Part shown: positions 55,854 through 64,000 of the stretch, piece by piece
Position numbering within the stretch: the first letter of the stretch is position 1
Layout: every line of letters begins with the position of its first letter
Program-made: the position numbers and the translations under genes
The notes under the pieces: model-generated
Database searches by the model: none
Told to the model about the DNA's origin: nothing
What the model saw: only the letters and a program-made list of their open reading frames with translations
From: Octopus vulgaris
Lineage: Eukaryota
NCBI GenBank assembly: GCA_951406725.2
Contig: OX597817.1
Coordinates: 149,296,001-149,360,000 of the forward strand
DNA: 64,000 bases
Reading direction: 5' to 3'

Positions 55854-56155
55854 AGGTGCAATGGCCCCGTGGTTAGTGCAGCGGACACGCGGTCATAGGA
55901 TCGCGGTTTCAATTCCCAGACCGGGCGTTGTGATTGTTTATTGAGCGAAAACGCCTAAAGTTCCACGAAGCTCCTGCAGGGGGGGGGCGATCCCTGCTGT
56001 ACTCTTTCGCCACAACTTTCTCGCACCGTTTCTTCTGTTGGCAGCTCGCTTAGCCAGCGGGGGTGGCATCATTTGAAGGCTTAAGCAATGCGAAGCGCAT
56101 TGTGACCATCGATGTGTAGCAACATCTGATAGCCTGGTCAGTCACGGTGATCACG

Positions 56156-56160
<5 letters not shown>
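55851..56160 (+). mobile_element. tRNA-head SINE variant (family C-like head, distinct body); related copy at 54035-54410
   Basis: tggccccgtggttag..gcggtttcaattccc..gttgtgattgtttattgagcgaaa..ctaaagttccacg shared by both copies. Confidence 0.75.
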
Positions 56161-56207
<47 letters not shown>

Positions 56208-56210
<3 letters not shown>

Positions 56211-56570
56211 ATATATAAACGGCAGTTTGTCTGTGTGTGTGTCTGTCTGTCTGTTAGGTTGTACCCTCACCCTGACCACGGCTTTCAACCGATTCTGATG
56301 ATACTTGACACACACATAGCCCAATGTCATAATTCAAAACTAACGCAGCGAAAATTTTTAAAAGTTCCCCCAGTTCTGAAAAAATCGATAAATTCGACAT
56401 GGGGTCGAGAATCAGAAACACAAACCACAGACTGTCTAGGGACGCAACTCGACCTTTTTAACTAAAAAAATTTACCATCATTTTTTTTCCATTTTTTGGC
56501 TATAACTCTCTAAAAATGCTTTATAGTTATTTCCCTTACAAACCTGAGCAACGCCGGGCGATACTGCTAG
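56208..56570 (+). mobile_element. Complete 363-bp non-autonomous Helitron inside (TA)n
   Basis: A|TCTATATATAAA start; subterminal GC-rich hairpin-like cctgagcaacgccggg; CTAG|T end. Confidence 0.85.
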
Positions 56571-57715
56571 TATATATATATATATATTCTTTTACTCTTT
56601 TACACTTCTTCAGTCATTTGATTGCGGTCGTCTTTAATCGAACAAATCGACCCCAGAACTTATTCTTTGTAAGCATAGTACTTGTCCTATCGGACTCTTT
56701 TCCCAAACCGCTGAGTTACGGAGACGTAAACACACCAGCATCGGTTATCAAGTGATGTTGAAGTGGAAAAGTAGAGACACACAAACATGACGGATTTCTT
56801 TCAGTTCCCGCCTACCAAATTTACTTACAAGGCTTTGGTCAGCCCGAGGCTATAGTAGAAGACATTTGCCCAAGTTGCCACGCAGTGGGACACAGCCCGA
56901 AGCCTTACATATATATATAACTAGATTGCAGCCGAATCTGTCAATCAGCTCTAAATCATCTGCAAGCTCCGGCTCTTGTTGGTCATCCTCAACGGAGCAG
57001 TGAGACGGCCAACACAACCAAGCACCGGAGCAAGATAAAGACTCCACCGAAGGAGTTTATTGGTCTTTGACTACTCGTTACAAGAACGCAAGTCTTCTGC
57101 TACAGCCCCTGATCGACCAATGACCTGTGAGTGAACGTGCTAGACGGAAATTGTGTGGAAATATATACACACATATGTATATATGTGTGTGTGTTTGTCC
57201 TCCCCATATCACTTGACAACCGATGTCAATTTGTTTACCTCTTAGCGGTTTGGCAAAAGTGGTTCGGCAAATGAGGCCGATAGCTTAATGGCCTATGATT
57301 ACCCGCCCCAAGAACAGGGCATGTGACTTACTTATCGACAAATTACATGATATCATCGGAGCCTACCTGTAGAACCAGGAACCAGTTTTTGCTAGGAGTA
57401 GAGAGCTGTCTCCCAGCCTGCTTAATACTAGAAATATGCTTAAATAGTAGAGCCTACCCTACCCGCTAGTTTCCTAGCTTGTGACTAAAGAGTATCCCTA
57501 AACAGAAGACCAATAAAGAAGATATGCTGCAATTCAACATATGCAACATGTTATTCTCGACACGTTTTTAGCTTTTCATTTCTGGGGCTGTTTTTCCCTC
57601 TCTCTCCTTCTGTTTTCTCTCCTCGTTCCTCTCTGTAGAAGAACATAAGTTCGAAACGTCAAAGACTCTTCCATTCCCAAGAGTCAAACTATTACACCTT
57701 CTTTGTTGTTCCCTC

Positions 57716-57760
<45 letters not shown>

Positions 57761-58227
57761 TCCCTATCTCTCTCTCTCTCTCTATCTATCTATCTACCTA
57801 TCTAACTATCTACCTATCTATCTATCTATCTATCTATCTCTTGTTTATTTGGAGTTTTTGGTACATTTTTGGTAATTTTGAAGGAAATATCAGCTCGCTT
57901 GTTCGTTTGCCCTGCTGTAGATAGACTACCCCAATGCTCTTCAACCTGTTCGACATAACTCCAAACACAGGCGTAAGATGCCTTTTTGTACATCATCCTC
58001 ATCGTCATAATCATCAACATCATCTGCAACACCACTACTTAATTAAACTGATGAAGATGACATCTATGTGATGACAGGGTTTAATCCAGGATCTTATTTT
58101 TGAGTTTGAAATCTCCCTGAAGTTTGCCTTTCCCCTTTCATCATTGTGAATCGCCGTTGCGTAGCGTTGTGGGATTGATAAAACCCCACGGCAATCAATG
58201 GTATTTTACTTGGTGTTGTGACTAATG

Positions 58228-58490
58228 TGAAATCGCATGACTCAGTGGTTAGAGCGTCGAGCTTATGATCGTGAGGTTGTGAGTTCGAATCCCGGACCGG
58301 GCTGCGTGCTGTGTTCTTGAGCAAGACACTTTATTTTACGTTGCTCTAGTTCACTCAGCTGTAGAAATGAGTTGCGACGTCACAGGTGCCTTGCCTTTCC
58401 CTTGGATAACACTGGTGGCGTGGAGAGACCTGGGAGGGTAACTTTCTAGGTGCAATCCCATGGTCAGTCATGACCGAAAGGGGTCTCAGC
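58228..58490 (+). mobile_element. SINE family C (V-domain-like), near full length
   Basis: catgactcagtggttagagcgtcg..gagttcgaatccc..gtgttcttgagcaagacac..cactcagctgtagaaatgagt; tail gaccgaaaggggtct also seen at 18250-18270(-). Confidence 0.85.
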
Positions 58491-59149
58491 AGCAGTGTCA
58501 TTAATACAAAAAAATACAGTAGAATGTCAGACAAATATGTTTTGTGTTATTTAGTATTGGCAGGTGAGGGCGTTTTTAGGATTTAGTCAAAAAGAAACAA
58601 TTATAAATATGATAAAATAGTAATTAATACAGGCGCAGTTATGGCTGTATGGTCAAGAAACTCATTCTGCAACCTTGTATTTTCCAGTTCAGTCCCACTA
58701 TGCGAAACCTTGGGCTCCCGTTCGACCATAAACCTAGTGAGTGAATTTGGTAGACGGAAATTGTATGAAAGACTGTTGTATGTATGTATGTATGTGTGTA
58801 TGGATGGATGGATGGATGGATGGATGGATGGATGGATGGATGGATGGATGGATGGATGGATGTATCTACCTATCTATCTCTTTTACTCTTTTACACTTTA
58901 ACTTGTTTTAGTCATTTGACTGCGGCCATGCTGGAGCACCGCCTTTAGTCGAGCAAATCGATCCCAGGACTTATTCTTTGTAAGCCTAGTACTAATTCTA
59001 TCGGTCTCTCTTGCCGAACTGCTAAGTTACAGGGACGTAAATACGCCACCATCGGTTGTCAAGCGATGTTGGGGGACAAACATATATATACACACACACA
59101 CACACACATACACACACACATATATATATATATATGTATATCTATCTAT

Positions 59150-59327
59150 CTATCGGCTCAGTCGAAGTCGACTCTCGGTTACTCGTTGGATCAGTGTCCT
59201 CCAGTCAGTTCTATCCTGGGCCGCTTCTTTCAGATTGGCTATGTCCATTTCGGTATCACTCTTGATGGTGTCAAGCCAGCGGGTTCTTGGTCAGCCTCTT
59301 CCTCTCTTGCCACTGACCATTCCGAGC

Positions 59328-59329
<2 letters not shown>
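59150..59329 (-). mobile_element. RTE (BovB-like) LINE 3' end nested in a SINE B microsatellite
   Basis: MLGMVSGKRGRG*PRTRWLDTIKSDTEMDIANLKEAAQDRTDWRTLIQRVTESRLRL, then a (GATA)n tail. Confidence 0.85.
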
Positions 59330-59403
<74 letters not shown>

Positions 59404-59819
59404 TTATATGACGGGTTTCCTTTAGTTTCCGTCTACCAAATCCATTAGCAAGGCTTTATACGGCCCGACACTATAGTAGAAGACACTTGCCCAAGGTGCC
59501 ACACAGCGAGACTGGACCAGGAATCATGTGGTAAGCAAGCTACTTACCACACAGCCACTCCTGCGCCTGTTCTTAATAATATTAAGAATAAATATAAAAA
59601 CGATGAGATGCGGTTGCGATGTAAGACCATTAGTGATGCTCCGCTTACGAATTCTATTTAGATGGGTCCAGTGAACCTGAATATAGTAACCGAACTCCCA
59701 CCCACATGATGCAAAGACAATTCTAATGATATTCTACCATTGATAGAAGACCACAGCTCTCGAAGAGGAGAGATTTCGTGGTTAACAATGGATCCCCAAT
59801 ACATATCTGAATATCTAAA

Positions 59820-60529
59820 TACCAGTTGTGTACTGAGATCGATGAAATCGACTCATCCCCTCCCCCAAAATTCTAGGCCTTGTTCCCATTGTAGGAAGGA
59901 TTATTAAGGCAGCGAGCTGGCAGAATCGTTAGCACGCCGGGCGAAATGCTTGGCGGTGTTTCGTCTGCCGCTACGTTCTGAGTTCAAATTCCGCCGAGGT
60001 CGACTTTACCTTTCATCCTTTCGGGGTCGATTAAATAAGTACCAGTTACGCACTGGGGTCGATATAATCGACTTAATCCGTTTGTCTGTCCTTGTTTGTC
60101 CCCTCTATGTTTAGCCCCTTGTGGGCAGTAAAGAAATAGGTATTTCGTCTGTCGCTACGTTCTGAGTTCAAATTCCTTTCATCTTTTCGGAGTCGATAAA
60201 TTAAATACCAGTAGAGTACTCACCCAAAATTTCAGACCTTGTTCTTATAGTAGAAAGCATTATTATTATTGTTAATAATATTATTATTAATATTATTATT
60301 ATTATCATTATTATTATTATTATTGAAAATATCGTTAGAGCGCCAGGTAAAATGCTCTGTGGTATTTAGTCACGGCCCTTTCCATTCTAAGTTCTCATGT
60401 CCCCAAGGTCAACTTTGCCTTTCATCCTTTCAGGATCAATGAAATATCTATCAATCAAGCACTGGAATCGATGTAATCGTTTAGTCCCCCTTCCCTACAA
60501 TTCCAGGCCCAACGCCTATCATAGAAAGA

Positions 60530-60617
<88 letters not shown>

Positions 60618-60845
60618 AGGGGGTAAGCTTATTGAATCGTCAGCACACCAAGCAAAAATGCTTTGTAGCATTTCATTCGTCTTTACATTCTGAGCTCAAA
60701 TTCCGCTGAAAGTCGATTTTGCCTTTCATCCTTTTGGGGGGGTCAATAAATTAAATACCAGTGAAATACTGGGGTCAATGCAATTGACTAGTCTCCTCCC
60801 CGAAAAATTTTTCAGTCCTTGTGCCTATAGTAGAGAGCATTATTT
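59820..60845 (+). mobile_element. Head-to-tail chain of SINE family A copies separated by (TTA)n/(TAG)n tails; another copy at 61347-61500
   Basis: Four or five same-orientation copies; the best preserved is 59907-60140. Confidence 0.88.
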
Positions 60846-60859
60846 TTATTATCATTATT

Positions 60860-61347
<488 letters not shown>

Positions 61348-61934
61348 GAGCTGCAGAAACGTTAGTACACCGGGCGAAATGCTTAGTGGTGCCTGCGGTT
61401 ACGTTCTTGAGTTCAAATTCCGCCGCGGTCGACTTTGCCTTTTCATCCTTTCGGGGTCGACTAGTACTCGTGTCGATATAATCTTGTCTTGTGCCTGTTA
61501 GAAGTGATTACGCTTTCTATTGATATTTATGTGGCTTAAGGCGGCTACAGGATATAATGATAGGGATTTCGACGAAGCTGAGAACCACCGTTCGTGTATA
61601 TATATATGCGTGTGAGTGTGTATGTGTGCGCGTGAGAGAGAGGGGGGGAAATTGTGTGTGTGTGTGTACTTCTTGCATATGTATTTGTGAATGCGTGCGT
61701 GCGGCTTACATGATATCTGGGTGTTTGCGTGTCCATGTGTGTGCGTTGCATGGAAATTACTCGTACGTGCTTTCATGCGAGTGATTTATCTTTCTATCAA
61801 CCTATGTATTTATCTATCTCTCTGTGTATATCTATATATATATATATGTATATGTGTGAGTGTGTGTGTGTGTGTGTCTGTGTGTGTGTCTGTGTGCTTT
61901 AGGACAGTATATGTTGAAGAGGGAGAAAGGAAAA

Positions 61935-62195
61935 GAGTTGATGACAATGACGACGGCAACGGCGATGAAGATGATGATGATGATGATGATGATGATGAAG
62001 GTGGTGGTGGTGGTGGTGGTGGTGGTGGTGGTGGTGGTGGTGGTGGTGGTGGTGGTGGTGGTGGTGGTGGTAGTGGTGATGATGATGATGATGATGATAA
62101 TGATGATGATGCTGATGATGATGATGGTGATGGTGATGGTGATGATGATGAAGGTGGTGATGATGATGGTGGTGATGATGATGATAATGATGATA

Positions 62196-62243
<48 letters not shown>

Positions 62244-62250
62244 GTGGTGG

Positions 62251-62284
<34 letters not shown>

Positions 62285-62310
62285 GGTGGTGATGATGATG
62301 ATGATGATGA
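61935..62310. repeat. (GAT)/(GGT) trinucleotide mosaic
   Basis: Direct reading. Confidence 0.95.
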
Positions 62311-62546
62311 CAACGGCGTCGATAGCTATGACATGATGGTGATTACGATAGGCGGCGAAAGATTATAAAGGAGAATAAGTAGAGTGAGGGAGATAGATAG
62401 TTAGAGAGAGAGAGTAGGATACGAAGAGGTGGTTGACAAGGAGAGTAAGAAAGAGACACAAAAAACGAGCGAGAGAGAAAGAGAAGAAAGAATAGGATAC
62501 GAAGAGGTGGTTGATAAGGAGAGCAAGAAAGAAACACAGAAAGAGA

Positions 62547-62585
<39 letters not shown>

Positions 62586-62905
62586 ATGTGTGAGTGAGAG
62601 AAAAAAGTGAGAGAAAGAGAAAGAGAGAAGGATACGAAGAAGTGGTTGATAGAGTAAGAAATTGACACAGAAAGAGAGAGGGAGAAAAAAAGTGAGAGAG
62701 AGAGAGAAACGTGTGACAGAGAGAGAAAAAGTGAGAGTGAGAGAGAGAGAAAGAGAATACGAGGTAAATGGAGAGTTTAAAAGAAAAGAGGAGAGGAGAG
62801 GAGAGAAAGTGTAGAATCATTACAAGTGCGTTAGTTGGTGCATGTAGACATGAACAAATGATGGCATCTAGGATGTTTAATGATTTATAGAAGATTAAAT
62901 ACAAG

Positions 62906-62936
<31 letters not shown>

Positions 62937-63107
62937 GCGCGCGCGTGGTACGAAGGTGGAAGGAAGAGAAGAACGACGGCGTGGGGGTGGGGGGGAGAGG
63001 AAACGAAAGGAAGGATTTCCAACGACATGACGATTCGTTCTTCTTTCATTCTATCATCATTTGTTTCCTCCCTTCCTCCCTCCCTCTCTCATTTTCTCTC
63101 TTTTATT

Positions 63108-63159
<52 letters not shown>

Positions 63160-63340
63160 CTATTTCTTCCTCTCCCTCTCACTCGCTCTCCGTCTCGTTA
63201 TGATGAGACATAAAGAGGAAGAACAGAAACGAACAAAAGCCATAGAAGCAACCTGGCATTGAACAACCATCGTCAGCGGAACTGCTAGTGCAAGTTTTCC
63301 GAGAAGAGTCCTAAACTTTTCCTCCTTACTCTTTTACTGT

Positions 63341-63468
<128 letters not shown>

Positions 63469-63613
63469 TACACACACACAAACACACATATATATATATA
63501 CACACATATATCTATCTTTGTTTCCCACACCACGCCTCTCTGATTCTTCGTCGTTTTTCTTCCATTCCTCTCTCTCTCGTTTATTCTCTTTTTACACACA
63601 CGTTCACAAACAG

Positions 63614-63679
<66 letters not shown>

Positions 63680-63858
63680 AACACACGTTTACAAAAGTAC
63701 ACATGCATGCGCACATATAAACATATAATTATACATACATACATATATGCAAATATTTCATCGTAGCCGTGGTCGCTGCCCTTAACGAAAGGAACATCCT
63801 CCTGGCTATCTGACATCTCTCTCTCTCTCTCTTCCTCCGTTTCTCTCTCATACATACA

Positions 63859-63913
<55 letters not shown>

Positions 63914-64000
63914 ATATATATATATATATTTACAAACTGCATACTTCACATGACACGTACCGCCACACGCGCTGTTACGTTATTCGAAATTCCCTTTTAC

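Noticed and set aside
56925-57105. LADDLELI, similar to an RT catalytic motif (minus strand)
   Set aside because: Possibly an RTE scrap, but too degenerate to call.
57322-57548. Possible solo LTR (TG...AATAAA...CA)
   Set aside because: No target-site duplication or second copy visible.
58235-58305. SINE heads as functional tRNA genes
   Set aside because: A and B boxes are present but acceptor stems do not pair and the sequence runs on into SINE bodies.

Overview
Eukaryotic, AT-rich, microsatellite-saturated non-coding DNA (intergenic or large intron). The repeat families resemble those of coleoid cephalopods, probably Octopus; this is inferred from recognised SINE sequence, not from a search. 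I found no intact protein-coding gene: almost every ORF in the track is a translated (TA)n, (CA)n, (GATA)n, (CATA)n or trinucleotide tract. Real content: three tRNA-derived SINE families (dozens of copies); decayed Penelope-like elements (RT and GIY-YIG motifs); R4/Dong LINE pieces in (TAA)n; CR1 and RTE 3' ends; non-autonomous Helitrons; Tc1/mariner/pogo MITEs; and a 5'-truncated tRNA-Glu. Most interesting: (i) at least 7 copies of a short (TA)n-associated element carrying a minimal hammerhead-ribozyme-like fold with a variant core (CUGUNGA) and a compensatory stem change; (ii) a series of fold-back palindromes of different ages, several centred on or next to (TA)n; (iii) SINE multimers with a fixed 184-bp unit; (iv) Dong elements repeatedly sitting tail-to-tail in SINE (TTA)n tails.
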